Origin: an uncultured Actinomycetes bacterium | GTDB taxonomy: Bacteria; Actinomycetota; Thermoleophilia; UBA2241 | Direction of reading: 5' to 3' | DNA length: 64,000 bases | Assembly (NCBI GenBank): GCA_963767005.1 | Contig: CAVYCN010000004.1 | Coordinates: 448,001-512,000 of the forward strand | Position numbers and translations under genes: made by a program | Notes under the pieces: model-generated | The model's input: only the letters and a program-made list of their open reading frames with translations | What the model was told of the DNA's origin: nothing | Database searches by the model: none | Shown: positions 18,595 through 28,003 of the stretch, one piece after another | Position numbering within the stretch: the stretch's first letter is position 1 | Layout: each line of letters opens with the position of its first letter

Positions 18595-18661
18595 TCGCAG
18601 GGCCGGCGACCATGGCAGCAGCCCGCCGCAGCACGATGTCCAGCGGCTCGAGGCGCGTCTC

Positions 18662-19687
18662 ATGACGCCGCCGGTCGGAGCCGCAGCGCAGCGCGCCCGC
18701 AAAGGCGCCGGCAAGACCGTGGTGGTGGCCCTCGGCGGCAACGCCATCCTGCAGCCCGGCCAGCTCGGCACCTTCGAGGAGCAGCTCGTCAACGTCGACG
18801 CCGCGATGCGCCGCATCGCCGAGCTCGTCGAAGCGGGCTGGGAGGTCGTGCTGACGCACGGCAACGGGCCGCAGGTGGGCAACCTGCTCATCCAGAACGC
18901 CCTGGCCGCCTCGACCGTGGCGCCCATGCCCATGGACGTCTGCGGGGCCGAGAGCCAGGGCCAGATCGGCTACATGCTCGAGCAGGCGCTCTGCAACCAC
19001 CTGGCGCGGCGCCGGCTCGCCGCGCCGGTCGCCACGGTGCTCACGCAGGTGGCGGTCGACGCCGCCGACCCGGCCTTCGCCGACCCGTCAAAGCCGGTCG
19101 GGCCGTTCTACACCGCCGCCGAGGCCCAGAAGATGATGATCGAAGAGGGCCTGGCCATGCGCGAGGACGCCGGCCGCGGCTGGCGTCGTGTGGTGCCCAG
19201 CCCCGAGCCCCGCGAGATCGTACCGGGTCCGGCGATCGCAGCCCTCATCGCGGCCGGCAGCCTCGTGATCTGCTCGGGCGGCGGCGGCATACCGGTCGTG
19301 CGCCAGCGGGGCGGCCAGCTCCACGGCATCGCGGCGGTCATCGACAAGGATCTCGCCGCCGCCCTGCTCGCGCGCCAGGTCGGCGCCGACGTGCTGCTCA
19401 TCCTGACCGACGTGCCCAAGGTCTACCTCGGGTACAACACGCCCGAGCAGCGTGCCCTCGACCAGGTCACGGTCGCCGAGATGGAAGAGTACGCCGCCGC
19501 CGGCCACTTCAAGGCCGGCTCGATGGGGCCCAAGGTCAACGCCTGCCTGCGCTTCGCCCGCGAGGGCGGCACCTCGATCATCGCCGGCCTGACCGAGGTC
19601 GTGCCGGCCATGGACGGGCGCTCGGGCACCCGCATCGTGCCCGGCGCGGCGCCGTCGCGGCCAAAGGCACGCGCCCGGAAGCAGTGA
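18662..19687 (+). CDS. arcC: Carbamate kinase
   Basis: [40 protein letters not shown]. Confidence 0.95.
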   Translation: MTPPVGAAAQRARKGAGKTVVVALGGNAILQPGQLGTFEEQLVNVDAAMRRIAELVEAGWEVVLTHGNGPQVGNLLIQNALAASTVAPMPMDVCGAESQGQIGYMLEQALCNHLARRRLAAPVATVLTQVAVDAADPAFADPSKPVGPFYTAAEAQKMMIEEGLAMREDAGRGWRRVVPSPEPREIVPGPAIAALIAAGSLVICSGGGGIPVVRQRGGQLHGIAAVIDKDLAAALLARQVGADVLLILTDVPKVYLGYNTPEQRALDQVTVAEMEEYAAAGHFKAGSMGPKVNACLRFAREGGTSIIAGLTEVVPAMDGRSGTRIVPGAAPSRPKARARKQ

Positions 19688-19772
19688 TGACGGCAGTGAC
19701 CGCGGCGCCTGGTCGAACGGCGCCGACGGCGAGCGGCGCGTCGCGCAGATCGAGTGTCGAGGAGGCCGGACG

Positions 19773-20876
19773 ATGACCAGGATGATCGCAAGCACGCCGA
19801 GGGCCGATGGTTTTCGCATGCCCGGCGAGTTCGAGCCGCACACACGCATCTGGATGCTGTGGCCGCAGCGCCCCGACAACTGGCGCCTGGGCGCCAAGCC
19901 GGCGCAGCATGCCTGGGTGAGGGTCGCGACGGCGATTGCGCAGTTCGAGCCGCTCACCGTGGGCGTGAACCACGACCAGTTCGAGAACGCTCGCGACCTG
20001 CTGCCCGAGCAGGTGCGCGTCGTCGAGATCGCCAGCGACGACGCCTGGATCCGCGACTGCGGTCCCACGTTCGTCGTGAACGACAAGGGCGACGTGCGCA
20101 TCGTTGACTGGATCTTCAACGCGTGGGGCGGGCTCTACGACGGTCTCTACTTCCCCTGGGACAAAGACCAGCTCGTGCCGCGCAAGATCGCCGAGCTCGA
20201 GCAGGTCGAGCGGTATCGCGCGCCGCTCGTCATGGAGGGCGGCTCGATCCACGTCGACGGTGAGGGCACCGTCGTGACGACCGAGGAGTGCCTGCTGTCG
20301 CCGGGCCGCAATCCGGAGCTCTCCCGCGAGCAGATCGAGGACCATCTGCGCGACTACCTGAACGTCGAGAAGGTCATCTGGCTCGCCCGCGGTATCGATC
20401 CCGACGAGACCAACGGCCACGTCGACGACGTCGCCTGCTTCGTGCGGCCCGGCGTAGTGCTCGCTGCGACCACCGACGACCGCGACGACTGGCGCTACGA
20501 GCTCCTGCAGGACAACCTGCGGGTGCTGCAGACGGCCACCGACGCCAGGGGCCGCGCGCTCGAGATCCACACCGTGCCCATGCCCGCCATCATGGAGATC
20601 ACCGCGGAAGAGGCCTGGGGCGTCGACGCCGCCGAGGGCTCGATCCCGCGGCGGCCGGGCGACAAGACGGCCGCCTCGTACCTCAACTTCCTGATCGTGA
20701 ACGGCGGCATCGTGCTGCCGGTGTTCGACGACCCGAACGACGAGGTGGTGAAGGCCACGATCGCGGCGCTCTTCCCCGAGCGCCGCGTGGTGACCGTCCC
20801 CGGTCGCGAGATCGTGCTTGGCGGCGGCAACGTGCACTGCATCACGCAGCAGCAGCCGGCGCCGCTGCGCGCGTAG
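19773..20876 (+). CDS. aguA: Agmatine deiminase
   Basis: [45 protein letters not shown]. Confidence 0.96.
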   Translation: MTRMIASTPRADGFRMPGEFEPHTRIWMLWPQRPDNWRLGAKPAQHAWVRVATAIAQFEPLTVGVNHDQFENARDLLPEQVRVVEIASDDAWIRDCGPTFVVNDKGDVRIVDWIFNAWGGLYDGLYFPWDKDQLVPRKIAELEQVERYRAPLVMEGGSIHVDGEGTVVTTEECLLSPGRNPELSREQIEDHLRDYLNVEKVIWLARGIDPDETNGHVDDVACFVRPGVVLAATTDDRDDWRYELLQDNLRVLQTATDARGRALEIHTVPMPAIMEITAEEAWGVDAAEGSIPRRPGDKTAASYLNFLIVNGGIVLPVFDDPNDEVVKATIAALFPERRVVTVPGREIVLGGGNVHCITQQQPAPLRA

Positions 20877-20915
20877 GGCTGCCCGTCCCGGCGCTCCCGC
20901 CGTGCGCACGGGCCG

Positions 20916-21910
20916 TCAGCCGATGTGCGTGGGCAGCCTGTTGCCGCGCGACGCCGCGTCGAGCGTCCAGAGCGCGCGGCCCTGGTCTGCCGCCGGGCTG
21001 CCCGACAGCGTCGAGGTCGACAGGTCGTTCAACGAGCACGACCGCCAGTAGCCGGCGTTCCAGGCGTCGCCGAGCACGAACCGGCAGTGCTGCCAGAGCG
21101 ACCCGTTCATGCCGCCGGCCAGTATGAGCCAGGCGGAGCGGGCGTCGACCGGCACGTGCTGCGCCACATGCGAGAAGTCGACGACGTCGTCGCGAAACAC
21201 CCAGCCGCAGTCCGCCGCGGTGCAGTTCAGGTCGAAGCCGCTGTCGCGGCAGGCCCAGATGGTCGTGTCGGCGACGGTGAAGCCGACCGGGCCGTTGATC
21301 TCGAGGCCGGCGCCGTAGGGTCGGCGCGAGTCGCCTGCGCCCTGGATCAGGCAGCCGCTGATCGTGCAGTCGCGGCAGGCGCCGCCGCCGTCGTAGCTGA
21401 TCGCCTCGCTGCCCTGGGGTGCGAAGGTGCAGTCGGTCAGGTCGATAGCGTGGTAGCCGACGACGTCGGACACCGGCCGCTGCGTGCACTCGAAGCCCAT
21501 GCGGCCCTGGCCGGCGATCCGGCAACCCACGAAGGTGAGTCGAAGATGTCGCCGTTCGAGACGTTGACGCTGATGCCGTTCCAACCCCCGCCCGCCTCGA
21601 CGACACAATCGCGGAACGTGAGGTCGTGGCAGGGCCTGTCCAGCGTGAGCACGGCGGTGGGCGCCGTGCCGCCGCGGAAGGTGCAGTGGTCGAAGACCAC
21701 GCCGAAGCTGCCGGCCGGCACCTCGTAGGTGGTGAACGTCTTGTCCCTGAGGGTCACGTCGACCAGCGCCGATGAGCTCTGCGCCGGGGTAGACACCGGG
21801 GTCGACGCGGGCGCGCCGCCGCCCGAGCCGCAGCCCGCTAGGACCACGAGCCCCGCCGCGAGGAGCGCGATCCGCCCGGCGATGGTCGTCGCCGGGCTGC
21901 GCCGCGGCAA
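20916..21910 (-). pseudogene. Frameshifted beta-helix-repeat lipoprotein
   Basis: Lipobox LAGC in 21437-21910 frame; ...NGDIFD continues as LTFVGCRI in the 20916 frame; a single missing base at ~21540 would join them. Confidence 0.7.
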
Positions 21911-21948
21911 CGGATCTCGCCCCCGCGGTTTGCCGCCGCGTGCCGCCG

Positions 21949-23160
21949 TCAGAAGGTCACCACCTGCCAGGTGGCGCCGCCGTCCGAGCTCAGCAGGAGC
22001 CGGCCGGGACGGCCGTAGGTGTTCCCTGCGGTGTCGACCGGACCCAAGACGACCACGGCGTGGGTCGGCGAACTGAAGCCGAGGTCGGCCCAGGTCACGC
22101 CACCGTCAAGTGGGTTCAGCGCCGTCGTCCAGGCGTGGCCGCCGTCGGCTGAGCGGTAGATCTCGCTCCCGCCGCTGGCGGCGCCCACGAGGAGCGTTGC
22201 GGGTGATCCGCCGGCGATCGTGACCGGATCGCCGCCTCGACTCGGTGCGCCGACCTTGGTCCAAGTGGCGCCGCCGTTCGCGCTCACGTACACGAGCTTC
22301 GCCACGCTGCCGGCTGCGGCGCCGCCGCCGTCGAGGAGCGCGAGCGACTTCGCCGAGGTGACCGCCACATCCGCCGGCGAGTAGCCCGGCAAGCTCGGCA
22401 CAGGATAGGTATGCACCGTCAGGCCGCCGTTCTTCGTGACGAGCACGCCACCGCTGGCGAGGAGAGCGGCGGTGCCGGCCTGCGTCGAGATCAAGTCGGT
22501 GGGATCGGGGAAGTCGTACTCCTTGACGGTGGCGATCTTCGTCCATGAGCCGCCCGCAAGCGGCCGGCGCAGCAGCGTGGCGCTCTGGCTCGACGGGCTG
22601 GGCTGCACGAGGGCCAGCGCCTGGCCGTCGATCGTGGCGAGCGACAGGATCGCGCCACTCGGCGCCGCGGCAGGCGTCCACTGGCCGCCGCCGTCGGTCG
22701 TCTCCCAAAGGCCCTTGCCGAAGACGAAGCCGTGCGAGGGCGTGGCGAAGCGGATCCCCCAGACGCCGGCAGCACCGCCGCTCTGCGACTGCGGCCAGCC
22801 GATCTCGACGGGCGGCGCCGCGCGTCGGGTCCAGGTCGTCCCCCTGTCGCGGCTGCGCACGACCACAGCGCCGCGGCCGGGCGCCGTGCCGAGCACGAAG
22901 GCCTCGTTCAGCGAGACGAACGTGACGGAGGTGGCCCTGAAGCCGGCCGGCACGGTCGCGACGGCCGGCGCGCTCGACGTGGGCGAGGTCGTGGGCGAGG
23001 CGGTGGTCGGCGCGGCGCGTGGGCTCTGCGACGCCGGTGAGCTCGAGCTCACCGGCGTCGCAGAGCCCGAGCCTTTCGAGCCGCAGGCCGCGAGGGCGGT
23101 GGACAGAACGACGACCGCGACCAGACAGGCCGTGGCGGACAGGGGGCGCGAGCGTGACAT
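21949..23160 (-). CDS. BNR/Asp-box beta-propeller lipoprotein
   Basis: LAAC lipobox; repeated S/TxDGGxTW. Confidence 0.85.
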   Translation of the reverse strand: MSRSRPLSATACLVAVVVLSTALAACGSKGSGSATPVSSSSPASQSPRAAPTTASPTTSPTSSAPAVATVPAGFRATSVTFVSLNEAFVLGTAPGRGAVVVRSRDRGTTWTRRAAPPVEIGWPQSQSGGAAGVWGIRFATPSHGFVFGKGLWETTDGGGQWTPAAAPSGAILSLATIDGQALALVQPSPSSQSATLLRRPLAGGSWTKIATVKEYDFPDPTDLISTQAGTAALLASGGVLVTKNGGLTVHTYPVPSLPGYSPADVAVTSAKSLALLDGGGAAAGSVAKLVYVSANGGATWTKVGAPSRGGDPVTIAGGSPATLLVGAASGGSEIYRSADGGHAWTTALNPLDGGVTWADLGFSSPTHAVVVLGPVDTAGNTYGRPGRLLLSSDGGATWQVVTF

Positions 23161-23366
23161 GGCCTACTGACCTCGCTTTCGCTGGCGACGAGAGCCGGGC
23201 GGCGCCGGGCGACGTGCCGTCATCCGGGGTGGCGAGTAGATTCCGTGCACGTGCAGTTTCTCCTACATCCTGCCGTGTTAAGGAAATCGATGGTCCTGTG
23301 CCTGCTTTGGACCGTGTGGCGCGCGGACTTCTTCACTGAAGATGTCCACGCGGCCGGCCGCGTCGG

Positions 23367-24416
23367 TCACTCGCCCTCGGTCGCGGCGCGGGCGCGTGCG
23401 ATGATCTCCTCGATCACGGCGCCTTTCGCCTCGGCGTAGTGCGACATGGTCGACCATTCTCGGGCGGCGAGCTCGCGTTTCGTCTGCGCGTAGAGCTCGC
23501 GCTCGTGCGGCTCGCCGCGCAGGCGGTCGCGCAGCAGGAGGTAGCGTTCGATCTCCGGCGAGCCGGCGGAGAAGACGTGGAGATGCAGAGCGCGGTCCGG
23601 CGTGCGCAGCATGCGGTGCTCGTGGAACTCGGGCTCACGGATGCGCAGCTCGTAGCCGGCGATCTCGAGGGCGGGCAGGTAGGCGGGCTCGTCGGCCGAG
23701 TCGGCGACCACGAGCAGGACATCGACGATGGGCTTGGCCGCGAGGCCCGGCACCGCCGTCGAGCCGATGTGCTCGACGAGCAGGGCGCGCTCGCCGAGCG
23801 CCGCGCGGATCGTGGCCGTGTGCTCGGCGAAGCGCGCCGCCCACGCCGGGTCGTGCTCGACGAGCACGATCGGCGTCTGCTCGATGGCGCCGACCGTCAC
23901 CTGGCGGAGGTAGTCGGTGAGCTCGTCGGCCGGCGCCGCGCCGGCCGGTGTCACCGGCAGCTCGACCTCCATGTACCACGACAGCGGGTCGGGCGCCCGC
24001 CCCGCGGGCAGCTCGGCAGGCCGGAAGCCCAGGCTGCGGTAGAGGGCGACGGCGCCGAGGTTCTCGCGGTAGACGTTGAGGCTCGCGCGGGCGCAGCCGG
24101 CGGCGCGCGCGCTGCGCAGCAGCTCCGCGACGAGCGACCGTCCGACGCCGCGCCGGCGGGCGTCGGGCCGGACGATGACGCGGCAGAGGTGGCACCGGTC
24201 TGCGGCCCCGGGGAGCCACTGCCCGAAGGCCACCGGGCCATCCGCGTCGGCGGCCGCCACGTTGGTCGCGCCGTCGAGGTCGACCTGCTGCGCCAGACGG
24301 TCGACGTCGAGCGGCCACGTCACCCCGGGCCCCGCCCAGATGCGCGCGCCGTAGGCGTCGTCGATCCACGACGCCGCGGCGACCAGGTCGTCCCTTGTCC
24401 CGTCCCTGAAGACCAC
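23367..24416 (-). CDS. GNAT acetyltransferase-GrpB fusion
   Basis: VRPDARRRGVG...NLGAVALYRSLGF then HIGSTAVPGLAAKPIVD, HLHV, RDRLR, YAEAK. Confidence 0.85.
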   Translation of the reverse strand: MVFRDGTRDDLVAAASWIDDAYGARIWAGPGVTWPLDVDRLAQQVDLDGATNVAAADADGPVAFGQWLPGAADRCHLCRVIVRPDARRRGVGRSLVAELLRSARAAGCARASLNVYRENLGAVALYRSLGFRPAELPAGRAPDPLSWYMEVELPVTPAGAAPADELTDYLRQVTVGAIEQTPIVLVEHDPAWAARFAEHTATIRAALGERALLVEHIGSTAVPGLAAKPIVDVLLVVADSADEPAYLPALEIAGYELRIREPEFHEHRMLRTPDRALHLHVFSAGSPEIERYLLLRDRLRGEPHERELYAQTKRELAAREWSTMSHYAEAKGAVIEEIIARARAATEGE

Positions 24417-24562
24417 GGTCCGATGATACGACGAAGGACCGTGCGCTGAACGGTGACCGTCGGCGGAGCGCGGGAACATGCCGACGGGGGTCGACTCCGT
24501 CGCCTGTGTCGGAGCGGCGCCCGCATGCGCAGGGTACGGGGGTTTTGCGCAAGGAGGCGGAG

Positions 24563-25966
24563 ATGACGATGACAAGTCAGGCGATCGCGGGCCTCGCGAG
24601 CGCCATCAGAGGGGCCGTTATCGGCCCCGAGGGCCCAAGCTACGACGAGGCTCGGGCCGTCTACAACGGCATGATCGACCGGTACCCCGCACTCGTCGTG
24701 CGGTGCGCCGACACGGCGGATGTGATCGCCGCGGTCAGGTTCGCTCGCGAGAACGACCTCGCGGTCGCGGTGCGCGGCGGCGGGCACAACGGCGCCGGTC
24801 TCGGCACGGTCGACGACGGCCTCGTCATCGACCTCGGAGCGCTGCGCTCGGTGCACGTGGACCCGCTCGGGCGGGTCGTGGACGTGGAGGGCGGCGCTAC
24901 GCTGGGTGACGCCGACCATGCGGCTCATGCCTTCGGCCTGGCGGTGCCCGGCGGCATCATCTCGACCACCGGCGTCGGCGGCCTGACGCTGGGCGGCGGC
25001 ATCGGTCACCTCACCCGCGGTCTGGGTCTGACCATCGACAGCCTGCTCGGTGTCGACATGGTGCTCGCCGACGGCAGCTTCGTGAGGGCCGACGCCGACC
25101 ACCACGAGGACCTCTTCTGGGCCGTCCGCGGGGGCGGCGGGAACTTCGGCGTCGTCACCCGCTTCACGTTCCGCGGGCATCGGGTGAGCACGGTCATAGC
25201 CGGGCCGATGCTGTGGGGCCTCGACGACGCCCCCGACGTGATGCGGTTCTACCGCGAGTTCATCGGTGGCGCGCCCCGCGAGCTGGGCGGCTTCTTCGCC
25301 TTCCTGACGGTCCCGCCCGGGCCGCCGTTCCCCGAGGAGCTCCACCTCAAGAAGGTGTGCGCCATCGTGTGGACCCACACCGGCTCGCCCGAAGCGGCGG
25401 CACGCGACCTGAAGCCCGCCCGCGACTTCAAGAAGCCGCTCCTCGACGGCGTCATGCCGTTGCCGCTGCCCGCCTGGCAGAGCGCCTTCGACACCCTCTA
25501 TCCGCGCGGCCAGCAGCAGTACTGGCGCGCCGACTTCGTGAACGAGCTGCCCGATCAAGCGATCGCCGCGCACGTCGAGCACGCCGCCGAGCTACCGAGC
25601 TGGCAGTCGACCGTGCACCTCTACCCGATCGACGGCGCGGCGGCCGAGCCGGGCAACGCGGACACCGCCTGGGCGAACCGCGACGCCAGATGGGCGGAGG
25701 TGATCTTCGCCGTCGACCCGGACCCGGCCAGGGCCGACGCGATCAGGCGCTGGACGATCGGCTACTACGACGCGGTGCATCCCTTCGCGACCGGCGGGGC
25801 TTACGTCAACTTCATGATGGACGAGGGGCAGGAGCGGGTGCGCGCCACCTACCGCGACAACTACGCGCGGCTGGCCGCGGTCAAGAGCGCCTACGACCCG
25901 ACGAACTTCTTCCACGTCAACCAGAACATCCGCCCGGAGCAGGAGGCCGGCCGGCGGGTCGCCTGA
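24563..25966 (+). CDS. FAD-binding oxidoreductase (berberine-bridge type)
   Basis: VRGGGHN, GLTLGGGIG, RGGGGNFGVV, KSAYDPTNFF; AAGGAGG RBS. Confidence 0.92.
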   Translation: MTMTSQAIAGLASAIRGAVIGPEGPSYDEARAVYNGMIDRYPALVVRCADTADVIAAVRFARENDLAVAVRGGGHNGAGLGTVDDGLVIDLGALRSVHVDPLGRVVDVEGGATLGDADHAAHAFGLAVPGGIISTTGVGGLTLGGGIGHLTRGLGLTIDSLLGVDMVLADGSFVRADADHHEDLFWAVRGGGGNFGVVTRFTFRGHRVSTVIAGPMLWGLDDAPDVMRFYREFIGGAPRELGGFFAFLTVPPGPPFPEELHLKKVCAIVWTHTGSPEAAARDLKPARDFKKPLLDGVMPLPLPAWQSAFDTLYPRGQQQYWRADFVNELPDQAIAAHVEHAAELPSWQSTVHLYPIDGAAAEPGNADTAWANRDARWAEVIFAVDPDPARADAIRRWTIGYYDAVHPFATGGAYVNFMMDEGQERVRATYRDNYARLAAVKSAYDPTNFFHVNQNIRPEQEAGRRVA

Positions 25967-25969
25967 CGA

Positions 25970-26009
25970 GCAGGGAGAGGCCGCCGGGCGCCCGGCGGCC
26001 TCTCCCTGC
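25970..26009. terminator. Perfect 40-bp palindrome between convergent genes
   Basis: GCAGGGAGAGGCCGCCGGGC|GCCCGGCGGCCTCTCCCTGC. Confidence 0.75.
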
Positions 26010-26016
26010 GGTGTTG

Positions 26017-26346
26017 TCAGGTCGTGACGGGCTCTGGTGGAGAGGATCTGGCGCGCGCCGCCAGGGCGGCGCGCGCGACGCCGGCCGGGCGAAAGGGTGT
26101 GGCCAGGACCCCGTCCTCGGACCGGGTAGTCCTGCGGCTGCGGCAGTAGGCGCAGGTGCAGCCGGGGTCGTGATGCCAGCCCCTGCGCGGCACGCGGTGG
26201 GTGGTGCCGACGGCGCCCTCGCCGGCCGGCGGTATGTGGACGGCGACGTCGCCGAACAGCGGGCGGTACTCGTACCCGACGTAGGCGAGCTCGATGCGGG
26301 CGGGCATGCCGGCGTCGAGGACCTCGGCGAAGCTCAGCTCTCTCAT
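26017..26346 (-). CDS. Small hypothetical protein with His/Cys cluster
   Basis: AAGGAGGG RBS; WHHDPGCTCAYC. Confidence 0.6.
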   Translation of the reverse strand: MRELSFAEVLDAGMPARIELAYVGYEYRPLFGDVAVHIPPAGEGAVGTTHRVPRRGWHHDPGCTCAYCRSRRTTRSEDGVLATPFRPAGVARAALAARARSSPPEPVTT

Positions 26347-26510
26347 GGTGGTTCCCTCCTTCGCTTCCGACACCGAGAGTCTGGGCCGTCCGCCTTGCGA
26401 GTCGCTGCGGGGTCGCTGAGAACGCGCTCTGAGTTTTCGGCTTGCGCGCTGCGCCGTGGCGCGGCAACATCGGAGTGACGGACCCATCACGACCCACCTG
26501 GAGGCGGACC

Positions 26511-26840
26511 ATGCCGTTCACCGCGCTCTTCATCGCCCACGCCCCCGACGCCGACCCCGTCGCGCACCGCAGCTTCGTCGACACTGGCCTCTACCGGCTC
26601 TTCAGCGTCGTCGTGCGCGACACCGACCAGGCCATCGCGGTGGCCCGCGAGCTGATCGAGAAGGAGGGTGTGCAGTCCGTCCTGCTGTGCCCCGGCAACA
26701 CGCACGACGACGTCGGGCGCGTGGCCGCCGCGCTCGGCGACGACATCTCGGTCTCGGTGGCGCGGGGCGACAGCCGCGGCATGCGCGTGGCGGCCAAGGC
26801 GATGCAGGAGGCGGGCTGGTTCGCTCAGGCGCCGGCCTGA
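26511..26840 (+). CDS. DUF6506-like small protein
   Basis: FIAHAPDADP..HR, EGVQSVLLCPG, VSVARGD; GGAGG RBS. Confidence 0.7.
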   Translation: MPFTALFIAHAPDADPVAHRSFVDTGLYRLFSVVVRDTDQAIAVARELIEKEGVQSVLLCPGNTHDDVGRVAAALGDDISVSVARGDSRGMRVAAKAMQEAGWFAQAPA

Positions 26841-26848
26841 GCGCGGAA

Positions 26849-26926
26849 GGGTCGCGCCCGGCCGCTACCGGGTCGCGCCCGGCCGCTACCGGGTCGCGCC
26901 CGGCCGCTACCGGGTCGCGCCCGGCC
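26849..26926. repeat. 21-bp tandem repeat, about 3.7 copies
   Basis: GGGTCGCGCCCGGCCGCTACC x3 plus a partial copy. Confidence 0.9.
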
Positions 26927-27660
26927 TACACCCAGATGAGGTCGACTCTGCGCATCGCCTGCACGTAGGGGTGCTCGGCGACGTCGACCGAGACGAGGCG
27001 ATGCCACAGGTCGAGGTCGGCGTACTCGGCGTGGCCCGACTGGATCAGCAGGCGCTTGGCGCGCCGGTCGTAGTAGGGCTCGTCGGGCGCCACCCTGATG
27101 TCGCCGCCGGCCTCGCGCCAGGGCTCGATGCTGGTCGCCCTGCGCAGGCCGTGCCCGTGGCCGAGCCGGTCGGCGCGCGGGGCGTAGGTCCACTTGCCCT
27201 CGGCCCTCTCGGTCACCTCGAGGTAGACCGTGTACCCGTCGACGAAGACCATGTGGGTCTGGCGCCGGGCGTACTTGGGGCGCGGGTCGCTGTAACGCCG
27301 GCAGACGGTGAGCGCGTTGATCCTGCGGTTGTCGAAGATGTGGGTGCGCCCGACCTTGGACAGGATGCCCTGGATCAGCTTGCGGTCCCAGTCGGGCCTG
27401 GTCTCGAGGCTGGCGTAGACCAGCAGCTCGTCGACCAGGTCGAGCGCGATGAACTCCTCGCCGTTGGGGAGCAGCCCGCAGACGAGCTCGGTGATCGGGC
27501 ACCAGTCGTCGCCGATCAGGCGCAGCACCTCGTCGTACCAGTGCACGAGATGGGCCTCGTCGCGTGAGGGGGCCTGGTCCCGGCGCGCTTCGACGTCGGC
27601 GGCGAGCCGCCGACGCAGGTCGGGCGGCAGGTCGCCCATCTGCAGGTTCGAGCGCATCAT
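26926..27660 (-). CDS. Hypothetical protein, ~244 aa
   Basis: Native codon bias from MMRSNLQ; GAGGA RBS; no family recognised. Confidence 0.75.
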   Translation of the reverse strand: MMRSNLQMGDLPPDLRRRLAADVEARRDQAPSRDEAHLVHWYDEVLRLIGDDWCPITELVCGLLPNGEEFIALDLVDELLVYASLETRPDWDRKLIQGILSKVGRTHIFDNRRINALTVCRRYSDPRPKYARRQTHMVFVDGYTVYLEVTERAEGKWTYAPRADRLGHGHGLRRATSIEPWREAGGDIRVAPDEPYYDRRAKRLLIQSGHAEYADLDLWHRLVSVDVAEHPYVQAMRRVDLIWV

Positions 27661-28003
27661 CGTTCGTCCTCGGTCCGTTCGCTTCCCGACCGGGCCATCG
27701 CGTACGCCGTCCGCGCAGGGCGCGCCCGTCGGCCGGCGTCGACGCCTCGCGTGCCGCCAAGCGCCGTCGGCGCGCCGCATGCGAAGGATAGAGGACCCCA
27801 CCCCGGCTGTACACCGAGCGCCTCGAGTGGCCCGCGGTGCGCGGTGCCCTGCGGGTCCCGGGCGGCGGAGGCAGGCGTCGCTCGGTCGCCGGGCACGGTG
27901 CCGACACGGCGTGGGCCGGCGGCGGCTGCCTGCAAGGGCAGCCGCCGCCGGCCCGGTCGTGCGCCCGGTCGCCGGGATCACACGGCCCGGCGGCGCGTCT
28001 CGC

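Noticed and set aside
26849-26926. CRISPR array
   Set aside because: Head-to-tail repeats with no spacers and no cas genes.
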